DNA of 32,000 nucleotides. Source: Candidatus Saccharimonadota bacterium (GTDB lineage: Bacteria > Pseudomonadota > Alphaproteobacteria > CAJXXZ01 > 1604HC). The translations under genes were made by a program, and so were the position numbers. Position 1 is the stretch's first letter. Every line of letters starts with the position of its first letter. Shown here in pieces: positions 8,871 through 17,769 of the stretch. The DNA lies in NCBI RefSeq assembly GCF_008189525.1, contig NZ_CP043314.1, positions 330,001-362,000 of the forward strand. Direction: 5' to 3'. The notes under the pieces were generated by a model. It saw only the letters and a list, made by a program, of their open reading frames with translations, had not been told where the DNA came from and made no database searches.

Positions 8871-9488
8871 TTAGTAAACGTCAGATCCAGTTTTTGGCAT
8901 TGGAGGAGCAGATGGTTGATGCATTCCTTCATTTGAGTAACCAGACATTCCATTTATTTTTCCTGTAACATGTGATCCTACTGCACCAGTTACATTACTT
9001 ACACCAGTTACATAACCTGTGTGAGCAGCATCTTTTGCTCTTCCATAGAAGTTGTTAGCTGTGTTTTTCAACCCAGAAGAATCTCCTGTTGTTGTGTATT
9101 GAGCAACTCCTGTAACTACCTGTGAAACTTTATTTGGGTCAAAGACTCTATTTTTGTAATTTCCTTCATCCCAAGTCTGTTTTGCACTATTGTAAGCTAC
9201 ATTTCCTGCTTCAGTAGCAGCTTGTTTTGCTTGTGATATAGCATTTTGTCCAGCTTGTGAGTTTATAGCAGATCTTCCTGCGTTGTAAATCCCGTGACCA
9301 GCATAGCTAGCTCCTTGGTAAGCTACGTTAGCAGCAGAACTAGCTACTTTTGTTGCTCCTTTAGCAGCACCTTTAGCAGCACCGTAAGCACCTCCAGCAG
9401 CTTTTTTCAAACTACTTCTAAAACCTGCCTCAGCATTAAAACAGCAAAGACCTAATATAGCAAAAGAAACGAATTTTTTCATGTTCAT
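8871..9488 (-). CDS. Secreted low-complexity Ala/Gly/Asn/Ser/Tyr-rich protein (ORFan)
   Basis: 205 aa. The Sec signal peptide is MNMKKFVSFAILGLCCFNAEA|GF (A-x-A cleavage site). The mature part contains KAAGGAYGAAKGAAKGATKVASSAANVAYQGASYAGHG and repeated x-V-T-G units (VVTGVA, YVTGVS, NVTGAV, HVTGKI), with a Pro-rich end (QPSAPPMPK). The gene is isolated between 414-bp and 267-bp spacers. Confidence 0.75.
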   Translation of the reverse strand: MNMKKFVSFAILGLCCFNAEAGFRSSLKKAAGGAYGAAKGAAKGATKVASSAANVAYQGASYAGHGIYNAGRSAINSQAGQNAISQAKQAATEAGNVAYNSAKQTWDEGNYKNRVFDPNKVSQVVTGVAQYTTTGDSSGLKNTANNFYGRAKDAAHTGYVTGVSNVTGAVGSHVTGKINGMSGYSNEGMHQPSAPPMPKTGSDVY

Positions 9489-9755
9489 AAGTAAAGAACC
9501 CCTTCTAAAACACAGATTAATTTCTTTTGATTAAACAAAAGTAAAATAATATACAATTATATAAAAATATTAAATTACATTTTATTCAAAATTATAACTA
9601 ATTTTTATTTTAGAAATAGTTAATATCACTACTGCAATACGTATTGGTTTATAAAAATATAATCTTATAGGCAATTTTACTTATACAATAATAATGAATA
9701 TATAACATGATTATACTGAGTGTTTTGGTGATTTCATTGATAAATTTAGTTTATT

Positions 9756-10733
9756 ATGCCAACATTATTTGTGGATAAAGATAATAAGTATCACAAAATA
9801 TATAAGCAAATGCTTCTTGCTAGAAAATTCGAAGAAGCAACTGTTCAACTTTACAGAGAAGGACTAATAAGAGGGTTTTGTCATCCTTATATAGGACAAG
9901 AAGCTGTTTTAATTGGAATAAATTCAAAAATGCAATCTCAAGACAGCATGATAACAGGATATAGATGTCATGCACATACAATCATAGCTGGATGTGATCC
10001 TAAATCTGTAATGGCAGAGTTAACTGGAAGATCGACTGGATGCTCAAAAGGTAAGGGTGGATCCATGCACATGTTTTCTATAAAAAACAGATTTTATGGA
10101 GGTCATGGAATAGTTGGAGCATGGACTTCTTTAGGAACTGGAATAGGATTTTCACATAAATACAAAGAAGACAATGGAGTTTGTGTTGTATTTCTAGGTG
10201 ATGGATCTTCAAATCAAGGTCAGTTTTTCGAATCTATGAATATGGCTTCTTTATGGAATCTACCAGTACTTTATATAATAGAAAATAATGGATATGCGAT
10301 AGGAACGTCTGTAGAAAGATCTGCTGCTGGAGGTCCATTACATAAAAGAGGTGAATGTTTCGGAATTGACTCAGAAGAAGTTGATGGAATGGATGTAGAA
10401 AAGATGTCAGAAGCTGCAGATAGAGGTTTAAGCATAGCAAGATCAGGAAAGCCATATATTATAGAAGCTGCAACTTACAGGTTTAGGCCTCACTCAATGT
10501 CAGATCCTGACAAGCACAGATCAAAAGAAGAAATAGATAAGTACAAAGCTTTGGATCCAATTTCTTCATATGAACAAAAGTGTTTAAAAAATAAATTCAT
10601 GACCGAAGATGAAGTAAAGCAAATCAAAAAAGAAGTTAAGGAAATTGTTTCTGAATCTGTAAAGTTTGCGAAAGAATCTCCATTTCCAGAAAATCATGAA
10701 ATGTTTGAGGATCTTTATACAAAATCTTTATAA
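9756..10733 (+). CDS. pdhA: Pyruvate dehydrogenase E1 component, alpha subunit
   Basis: 325 aa. Motifs: MLLARKFEE...YREGLIRGFCHPYIGQEAV, the ThDP-binding GDGSSNQGQFFESMNMASLWNLPVLYIIENNGYAIGT, and YRFRPHSMSDP. This is the heterotetrameric (alpha/beta) E1 type. Confidence 0.95.
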   Translation: MPTLFVDKDNKYHKIYKQMLLARKFEEATVQLYREGLIRGFCHPYIGQEAVLIGINSKMQSQDSMITGYRCHAHTIIAGCDPKSVMAELTGRSTGCSKGKGGSMHMFSIKNRFYGGHGIVGAWTSLGTGIGFSHKYKEDNGVCVVFLGDGSSNQGQFFESMNMASLWNLPVLYIIENNGYAIGTSVERSAAGGPLHKRGECFGIDSEEVDGMDVEKMSEAADRGLSIARSGKPYIIEAATYRFRPHSMSDPDKHRSKEEIDKYKALDPISSYEQKCLKNKFMTEDEVKQIKKEVKEIVSESVKFAKESPFPENHEMFEDLYTKSL

Positions 10734-10842
10734 AAAATATGATTAATTAGAAATCAATCAATAAAACATAGATAAAAAAAATAAAGAATCAGCAAATCGA
10801 GAGAATAAGATTTAGTACAAATAAAAAAACATAGGAGTGAAA

Positions 10843-11823
10843 ATGAATTCAGAAAAAGTACCTGTAAGAGTAGCACTTAGAGACGCAATGGCAGAATGCA
10901 TGAGAGAAGATGAAACTGTTTTTGTAATGGGAGAAGATGTTGCACATTACGGAGGAAGTTACAAAGTAACTGAAGGATTGCATAAAGAATTTGGTGATAA
11001 AAGAGTAATCGATACACCAATATCAGAAATGGGATTTGGTGGAATAGGTGTTGGAGCTGCATTATCTGGATTAAGACCAGTTGTTGAATTCATGACATTC
11101 AACTTTGCAATGCAAGCTATAGATCATATTATAAACTCTGCAGCAAAGTCTAGTTACATGTCTGGAGGAGAAGCTGTTTGTCCAATAGTATTTAGAGGAC
11201 CTAACGGAATGGCAGCAGGAACTGGAGCTCAGCATTCACAATGTTTTGCAAGCTGGTACGCACATTGCCCAGGATTAAAAGTAATTTCTCCTTACGACTC
11301 ACATAGCGCTAAAGAACTACTAAAGGCATCTATAAAAGATCCAGATCCAGTTGTATTTCTGGAACAGGAACTTATGTATGGAGAAGGTTTCGCACTTACA
11401 AATGAAAAAGTAGAGATAGGAAAAGCTGCTGTTATTAGAAAAGGGACTGATGTAACTTTAGTTTCATTCTCTAGAATGGTTGGTTTTGCACTCAAAGCTG
11501 CAGAAGAATGTGAAAAATTAGGAATTTCCTGTGAAGTTGTAGATTTAAGAACATTAAGACCTATAGATGAAAAAACAATAATAAGCTCTGTAAAGAAAAC
11601 TAATAGGGTTTTGGCTATCGAAGAAGGTTGGGCGTATTCTGGCATAGCATCAGAGGTTATATCTATAGTAAATGAAAAGGCATGGGATTCATTAGATGCT
11701 GAACCACTAAGGGTTACGGCAGAAAATACATTACTCCCTTATGCAAAAAACTTAGAAGAACTTGCAGTACCTACTGTAGAAAAAATAATAAATAAAATTA
11801 AATACTTAACTAACAAAATTTAA
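10843..11823 (+). CDS. pdhB: Pyruvate dehydrogenase E1 component, beta subunit
   Basis: Motifs: [12 protein letters not shown]-like [56 protein letters not shown], and a transketolase C-terminal domain. I place the start at ATG 10843 because AGGAG (10833-10837) sits 5 nt upstream. The ORF track's GTG at 10837 overlaps that SD. Confidence 0.95.
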   Translation: MNSEKVPVRVALRDAMAECMREDETVFVMGEDVAHYGGSYKVTEGLHKEFGDKRVIDTPISEMGFGGIGVGAALSGLRPVVEFMTFNFAMQAIDHIINSAAKSSYMSGGEAVCPIVFRGPNGMAAGTGAQHSQCFASWYAHCPGLKVISPYDSHSAKELLKASIKDPDPVVFLEQELMYGEGFALTNEKVEIGKAAVIRKGTDVTLVSFSRMVGFALKAAEECEKLGISCEVVDLRTLRPIDEKTIISSVKKTNRVLAIEEGWAYSGIASEVISIVNEKAWDSLDAEPLRVTAENTLLPYAKNLEELAVPTVEKIINKIKYLTNKI

Positions 11824-12018
11824 TCTAATAAATATTATTAATATTAAACTATTAATAATTGTAAATCTTATTATAAACCTCAATATAAATATGTTTTTTA
11901 AACTAATTTTCATACCATTTGCATTTATACAATTAATATTAAACCGTTATTATATAATAAATAATAAGTGCTTTGTGCTTAGGTTACTTTTGCATGCCAG
12001 ATATGTTATAAATTTTAA

Positions 12019-13395
12019 ATGCCTATTTCAATCAAAATGCCAGTGTTATCACCTACAATGAAAAAAGGATCTCTTACAAAATGGACTGTAAAAGAAGGAC
12101 AGGAAGTGAAAATAGGGGATATAATAGCTGAAATTGAGACTGATAAATCTGTAATGGAGTTTGACTCTATAACAGATGGAACCATAGCAAAATTACTCGT
12201 AAAAAATGGTCAAGAAAACATACCTGTCGGATCAATTATAGGGTGGATTTTAGAAGAAGATGAAACAATAGCAGATTTGGAAGATTATATAAAAACCAAC
12301 CCTTCAGAAAATGAGAATTTAGAATCTTCTAATGAAAAAAATAATAGTTCTAACGGTTGCTTAGAAAACACAAAATTAGCAGATAACCTGAGCTCTGTAA
12401 GAAGTGATATAAATGTAGGAGAAATTAACGTAAGCGACTCTAATGACAGAAGTGATTGTAATTCTACAAAACCTGGCACTGACTTTAATACTGATTCTTT
12501 GAATAATTCAAATACAAGTCATGCTAATAGAATAAAAATCAGCCCCTTAGCGAAAAGATTGATTAGTGGAAAAGACATTGATTTAAATAATATAAATGGA
12601 ACAGGTCCAAATGGTAGGATAGTAAAAGAAGATGTTGTTTCTTACCTAAAAACAAAACCAAACCAAACTAACTCTAGATCAGCAGTTAGCTCTAGAAGAA
12701 ATGATACCAATACAAATTGTCAAATGTTCTCTGAACATGAACCAAAACATACCAAAACATCTCTCTCAGGAATGAGACAAGTTATTTCAGATAGAATGTC
12801 TTTTTCAAAGCAAAGTATACCGCATGCTTACTTAAGGCTTAGCGCAGATATTTCAAAACTTAAGTCTTTGAAATCTGATCTACAAGAAGATGGATTAAAA
12901 ACGACTATAAATCATTGGATATTATTTATGACTTCAAAAACTCTTAAAAAGTTTCCATCCATGAATTCTGCTTTGTTTGTCTCTGAATCTGAATCTTATG
13001 TTAAAAACTACGAAAATATAGATCTAAATTTTGCAGTAACGATAGATGGTGGATTGATTACTCCAGTAATTAGGAAAGCTGAACAAAAAACTTTGGAAGA
13101 AATAGTTTCTATATCATCAGAATTAGCAGAAAAAGCCAAGTCTGGGAAATTACAATCCCATGAATACCAAGGAGGAACTTTTACAATCTCAAATCTAGGA
13201 ATGCTTGGAATAGAGTCCTTTGATGCTGTGATAAATCCTCCTCAAGGAGCAATATTGGCTGTAGGTTCTGGATTAAACAATAGAATAAATCTTTCTTTGT
13301 CCATAGATCATAGAATAATAGATGGATATGATGCTGCTCTGTTTCTTAGAGAACTAAAACAAAATATTGAAAATCCAATCAGAATAATAAGATAA
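12019..13395 (+). CDS. pdhC: Dihydrolipoamide acetyltransferase (E2) of the pyruvate dehydrogenase complex
   Basis: 458 aa. The lipoyl domain carries IAEIETDKSVMEF (lipoyl-Lys codon 12145-12147). The E3/E1-binding domain reads ISPLAKRLISGKDIDLNNINGTGPNGRIVKEDV. The catalytic domain has GGTFTISNLGMLG and DHRIIDG. The linkers are Asn/Ser-rich rather than Ala/Pro-rich. Confidence 0.9.
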   Translation: MPISIKMPVLSPTMKKGSLTKWTVKEGQEVKIGDIIAEIETDKSVMEFDSITDGTIAKLLVKNGQENIPVGSIIGWILEEDETIADLEDYIKTNPSENENLESSNEKNNSSNGCLENTKLADNLSSVRSDINVGEINVSDSNDRSDCNSTKPGTDFNTDSLNNSNTSHANRIKISPLAKRLISGKDIDLNNINGTGPNGRIVKEDVVSYLKTKPNQTNSRSAVSSRRNDTNTNCQMFSEHEPKHTKTSLSGMRQVISDRMSFSKQSIPHAYLRLSADISKLKSLKSDLQEDGLKTTINHWILFMTSKTLKKFPSMNSALFVSESESYVKNYENIDLNFAVTIDGGLITPVIRKAEQKTLEEIVSISSELAEKAKSGKLQSHEYQGGTFTISNLGMLGIESFDAVINPPQGAILAVGSGLNNRINLSLSIDHRIIDGYDAALFLRELKQNIENPIRIIR

Positions 13396-13524
13396 GGTAG
13401 TGTTAATCATATATATTGTATAAAATCATAATTATATAGAATAAAAAGGTTAAGATTAAAACTCTAAAAAATTAAAAAACAGTTTATTAAATCGACATCA
13501 ACTAATAATAAAGGAAGGCTTGAA

Positions 13525-14658
13525 ATGTTCAGAGTAGTCATAGAAAAAAGCGAACTAATAAAATCCCTTAGGGTACATCAACAAATAATAGACAAGAAAC
13601 CAACTCAAATAATTTTCTCTTATATTAAATTAGAAGCAAAAGACAATAGTCTGGTTATAGAAAGCACTGATGGAGATACTTTACTAAATCACAAAACTAA
13701 AGTGGATATAATAGGTGAGGGAGTTATAACATTGCCTGGAAACATGTTTTATAATTTAGTAAGAAAAATATCTGACACTAAAATAGAAATATCTCAAACC
13801 TCGACTCAAAGCGCTTGCGTAAAATATAAAAAAGGATCTTTTGATTTAGAGGTAATAAATCATGAAAAGTGGCCTAAATTAACCCAACAAGAGCACCAAA
13901 AATGCTTCTCAGGAAAATCAGCAGAGCTTATTAAAATACTTAGAGTATCAAAAACATCTATATCATCAAATGAAGCAATTAGATCTTCTTTTAATGGAGT
14001 TTTGTTGGAATGTAATGGTGAGGATGTAGTATTCGCATCAACAGATTCCTTTAGAATGTCTATATATTCTCGAGATATAATCTCAAATGAAGATTTACAA
14101 AAAAACAATACAAGCTTAGAAGTGTTTAATAAATTTAAATTTATGATTTCTAAAAAATTAGTAGAAATAATTTTAATATTACTTGAAGATTCTACTGAAC
14201 TAAGTTTCTACAAAAATGAACAGCATGTAAAAATAGAATCTAGTAATTTTTCTTTAACAAGCAGACTTTTACCTGAAAATTTTCCAAAAGACTATCAAAA
14301 TCTAGTACTAAAAAATGAAGAAAGCTCGTTTGAATGCTCTTTGGAGGATTTAAAGGAAGTATTAGATAGAGTTTCAACTATTTCTATGGACAGTTTGAAA
14401 AATATATCTGTAAACTTGAAATCCAAAATGAATCTAGAGTGCTACAATGACAATTATGGATCAAGTAAAGAAGATATAGATGGAATTCATTTGGGAGATG
14501 AATCTTCATTTAAAATACAATTTCAAACATGGATGGATTTTCTAAGAGCATTTAATTCTGGAAATATAAAAGTAGAATATCATGGAAAAAACAAACCTAT
14601 AATTCTAAAAAGCATGCAAGAGCCAAATTTCGTATACATAACCTCACCAATAGAATAA
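13525..14658 (+). CDS. dnaN: DNA polymerase III beta sliding clamp
   Basis: 377 aa. The typical N-terminus is MFRVVIEKSELIKSLRVHQQIIDKKPTQIIFSYIKLEAKDNSLVIESTDGD. The layout is three-domain with ASTDSFRMS in domain II. An AAGGAAGG SD lies 6 nt upstream of the ATG. Confidence 0.9.
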   Translation: MFRVVIEKSELIKSLRVHQQIIDKKPTQIIFSYIKLEAKDNSLVIESTDGDTLLNHKTKVDIIGEGVITLPGNMFYNLVRKISDTKIEISQTSTQSACVKYKKGSFDLEVINHEKWPKLTQQEHQKCFSGKSAELIKILRVSKTSISSNEAIRSSFNGVLLECNGEDVVFASTDSFRMSIYSRDIISNEDLQKNNTSLEVFNKFKFMISKKLVEIILILLEDSTELSFYKNEQHVKIESSNFSLTSRLLPENFPKDYQNLVLKNEESSFECSLEDLKEVLDRVSTISMDSLKNISVNLKSKMNLECYNDNYGSSKEDIDGIHLGDESSFKIQFQTWMDFLRAFNSGNIKVEYHGKNKPIILKSMQEPNFVYITSPIE

Positions 14659-14792
14659 ATCTATATTAAACAAATTTGAGATAAGACATTGAAATGAGAT
14701 AAAACTTGTAATGAGAATAAAAATAATAAAACCTAAATTCATTATTAGTTTATTATTTTGTTATTGGTATATTATTAATTCAAATTCACGAT

Positions 14793-14814
14793 TTGTTCAC
14801 AAAGCTTGTTCACA
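14793..14814. repeat. Two direct copies of TTGTTCACA (DnaA-box-like) spaced 13 bp apart, in the spacer after dnaN
   Basis: ttgttcaca occurs at 14793-14801 and at 14806-14814. It has one mismatch to the relaxed DnaA-box TTWTNCACA and two to TTATCCACA. Confidence 0.5.
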
Positions 14815-14893
14815 ATTTGTAGATATAACCTAAGCACTACAAAAACACATTTGATAAAATTTGATAACATGTATTTGAAATTAAATTATATAA

Positions 14894-15928
14894 TCAAAAG
14901 TATTTAACATAAACTAAAGGCTTATTAAATCTAACTACTCTCCTGTACAGATTTTCTGCCTCTTGAGAATTTCTGATCTTGTTTATTAGCTCTATATTCA
15001 AATAATTACTATCTATTACAAAGAATATTTTATAATAACCTTCTTCAAAAACTATTTCTGAAAACTCACCTAAAAATGTATCTTTTATTACTTTCGTATT
15101 TTTGGAATTTAATTGATACTCATGTATTGGCACTGTGAATACAGAATAATCCATTTTTATAACTTCTGAGAAATATTGTTCTTTTTCTATTTTCGCAACT
15201 CTTCCTTTAAATCTCTCTAAATCTAATTTCTTTTTAGATTTTATAAGAATGACATTAAAACTTTTTATTAATTTACTGTGATTTAACTCAACTTTAGACT
15301 CATTACCTTGATTATTATTTACAGAAAGAATAGACATTTGACCAATTATCATTCTTATAAACTTTTGTTTAATTTCATGTTCAGAACTTATAATAGAGCC
15401 TAAATATTTTTCTAGTTCTTCTTTATTTGACATTTTTGACAAATTTTGTTCAGTTCCAACCAAAACAGCTTCACACTCAACTAAGAAATCTACTACATTG
15501 AATTTTCTTAAAGATTGAGCTGGCATAAAGTTAGGAACTTTCATCAACTCAGAATAAGCAGAATCTAAGAATTTACTTATTCCATCTAAATCACTTTTTG
15601 TATAATTTAGGTTTCCTATTTGTACATATTTTGATTTTTTGTTTACTGAATTCTTATTTTCTTTTTTACTAACAGAATTTTTTAATGGAGTAATGTTTTT
15701 GGTTTTTGTAATTTCGTTTTTAGACTCTGCTCTAGAATTGCTTTCCCCAGAAATAAATACAGTATTAAGCAGTGTTATAAAGAATAATAATAAGTACATA
15801 CTTTTTATTCTATTGCAAAATAAGATAAATATTAATATTAAATCTAAAATTAAAAAAAATTCAATTACATGTAACTTATATATGTAATCCCAAAATCTAA
15901 AACAAAATATACTATATAAGGTAATCAT
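14894..15928 (-). CDS. Hypothetical membrane-anchored/exported protein, possibly a degenerate parvulin/SurA-PpiD-like chaperone
   Basis: The open frame runs to a GTG at 16084, overlapping rho. I prefer ATG 15928 because AAAGG lies 5 nt upstream. An alternative is ATG 15799 (MYLLLFFITLLNTVFISG). Hydrophobic segments are followed by a K/N/E-rich soluble domain. SFNVILIK and GYYKIFFVID weakly recall the parvulin ASHILV and GYHIIKV strands, but both His positions are replaced. Confidence 0.55.
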   Translation of the reverse strand: MITLYSIFCFRFWDYIYKLHVIEFFLILDLILIFILFCNRIKSMYLLLFFITLLNTVFISGESNSRAESKNEITKTKNITPLKNSVSKKENKNSVNKKSKYVQIGNLNYTKSDLDGISKFLDSAYSELMKVPNFMPAQSLRKFNVVDFLVECEAVLVGTEQNLSKMSNKEELEKYLGSIISSEHEIKQKFIRMIIGQMSILSVNNNQGNESKVELNHSKLIKSFNVILIKSKKKLDLERFKGRVAKIEKEQYFSEVIKMDYSVFTVPIHEYQLNSKNTKVIKDTFLGEFSEIVFEEGYYKIFFVIDSNYLNIELINKIRNSQEAENLYRRVVRFNKPLVYVKYF

Positions 15929-16001
15929 TTGACCTTTTTCTATAAAACATATACCATGACTAGATAAATTTCCCCTCAAAAATCGAAAGGAATGTAATCT
16001 T

Positions 16002-17723
16002 ATGTCAGCACAAGAGACTGAAGTTACTAATTTAAAAAACAAAAACTCTAAAGAAAATTCTGGGACAAATATAAAAAGTCCCACAAGAACAATATATTCT
16101 ACAAAAAAATCTCCGATAAAAAGAAATTCTACTAGAAACTTAATTCGTGAAAATTCAAATTCATCAACAAAAATAAATCAACCAACATCATTGAAAGAAG
16201 AACAATTAAATTCAAATGAACGGGGCATAGAAAAATCACATGATATGAATACAAAGGAAGATATTAAAAATCCTGAGATTGATTCTACAAGCTCTTCAAT
16301 AAATAATGATGATCTACCTACAAATGAAATAGATCTCAACAAAAATATAAACAAAAAGAGTAAAACTAAAAACAATCAGAATGAAAGCAAAAAGAATACC
16401 TCTGAACTAAATGAACCTAAGTTAGAAGAAAACAAACCTGTTGAAAAAAAGAGTGTAAAAATAGATTTGTGCAAACTTAGAAGCAAAAAACCTATGTATC
16501 TAGCTGAGCTGGCTGAAAGTTTAAATATAAATATAAACAAATTACAAAACAAAGATTTGTTGGTAGAAATATTAAGATCTTACTCTAAAAATGGATATGA
16601 AATAAAAGCATATGGAAGTTTAGAAATTATAAATGATAGCTTTGGGTTCATTAGATATTCTTCTGAAGATTACACAGCTTCTGAAGATGATATATATGTT
16701 CCACAAAACATTATATTTAAATATAGCTTAAGACCTGGGGACAATATTTGCTGTACTATCAAAGTTCCAGAAAAATCAGAAAAAAATTATTCTATAAAGA
16801 CAATGTTGTCTATAAATGAAGAACCTCCTAAAAGGTTATTAGGAAGATCTACATTTGAATCTCTTACATCTTTGTACCCAACAAGGAAAATAAACCTAGA
16901 AATAGAAGATAAGAGCTCTTCTTCTAGCTTAAGAGCATTAGAGTGTATAGTTCCGATAGGTTTTGGACAAAGAGCATTGATAGTAGCTCCTCCCAGAACA
17001 GGTAAAACAATATTATTGCAACAAATAGCAAATGCAATACACCAAAATCATCCTGAAGCCATTTTAATAATACTTCTTGTAGGAGAAAGACCTGAAGAAG
17101 TTACAGATATGCGAAGATCTGTACATGGAGAAGTTATAAGCTCAACTTTTGATGAAGTTGCTTCTAGGCATGTCAAGGTTGCAGAAAGAACATTAGAGAA
17201 AGCAAAAAGATTAGTAGAATCTAAAAAAGATGTCGTGATATTACTTGACTCAATCACCAGATTAGCAAGAGCTTACAACACAGTACTTCCTTCTTCTGGT
17301 AAGGTTCTAACAGGTGGTGTGGATGCATATGCTTTACAACACCCTAAGAAATTTTTCGGTTCTGCTAGGAACTTAGAAGAGGGTGGTTCCTTGACAATAA
17401 TTGGAACAGCACTTGTAGACACTGGATCAAGAATGGATGACATAATTTATGAAGAATTCAAAGGAACAGGTAATGCAGATATAGTTCTTGAAAGAAAATC
17501 AGCTAACAAGAGAATATTCCCTGCTCTGGATATCAGCAAATCTGGTACTAGAAAAGAAGATCTTCTTAGAAATGAAGTTGAACTTTCTAAAATGTGGTTA
17601 TTTAGAGCAGTTACTGCTGATATGGAACCAACTGATTCATTAAATTTGCTTTTAGATAAGATAAGAAGCACCCCTAATAATGCTGAATTTTTCAAAGCTA
17701 TGAATGGAATAAATAAAAGATAA
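16002..17723 (+). CDS. rho: Transcription termination factor Rho with a long N-terminal low-complexity extension
   Basis: 573 aa. From aa ~154 ([19 protein letters not shown]) it is collinear by eye with E. coli Rho. Matching motifs: [109 protein letters not shown] and [16 protein letters not shown]. Confidence 0.95.
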   Translation: MSAQETEVTNLKNKNSKENSGTNIKSPTRTIYSTKKSPIKRNSTRNLIRENSNSSTKINQPTSLKEEQLNSNERGIEKSHDMNTKEDIKNPEIDSTSSSINNDDLPTNEIDLNKNINKKSKTKNNQNESKKNTSELNEPKLEENKPVEKKSVKIDLCKLRSKKPMYLAELAESLNININKLQNKDLLVEILRSYSKNGYEIKAYGSLEIINDSFGFIRYSSEDYTASEDDIYVPQNIIFKYSLRPGDNICCTIKVPEKSEKNYSIKTMLSINEEPPKRLLGRSTFESLTSLYPTRKINLEIEDKSSSSSLRALECIVPIGFGQRALIVAPPRTGKTILLQQIANAIHQNHPEAILIILLVGERPEEVTDMRRSVHGEVISSTFDEVASRHVKVAERTLEKAKRLVESKKDVVILLDSITRLARAYNTVLPSSGKVLTGGVDAYALQHPKKFFGSARNLEEGGSLTIIGTALVDTGSRMDDIIYEEFKGTGNADIVLERKSANKRIFPALDISKSGTRKEDLLRNEVELSKMWLFRAVTADMEPTDSLNLLLDKIRSTPNNAEFFKAMNGINKR

Positions 17724-17769
17724 ATAAGTTAGCAAAGTCTATGCATAAGTAGAGATCACATAAGCACTT

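Noticed and set aside
9770-9778. Perfect consensus DnaA box (tgtggataa = TTATCCACA on the minus strand) at codons 5-8 of pdhA
   Set aside because: It is a single isolated 9-mer inside a coding region (it encodes F-V-D-K). One chance occurrence in 64 kb of two-strand sequence is not improbable, and no neighbouring boxes are present.
14659-14893. Possible oriC next to dnaN (AT-rich spacer with two DnaA-box-like 9-mers)
   Set aside because: The flanking genes converge on the spacer (pdhABC-dnaN on the plus strand to the left, a minus-strand gene to the right) instead of diverging. The boxes are imperfect and could be a simple 13-bp slippage duplication. No DUE-like 13-mer series or box cluster is evident. 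It is kept only as a low-interest regulatory candidate.
15929-16084. Full-length 396-aa version of the minus ORF starting at GTG 16084 and overlapping rho by 83 nt
   Set aside because: It would need a GTG start with no SD. The extra residues are F/I/L-rich, as expected from translating a T-rich non-coding strand, and the overlap with the rho 5' end is unlikely. Internal ATG starts (15928 or 15799) are preferred.
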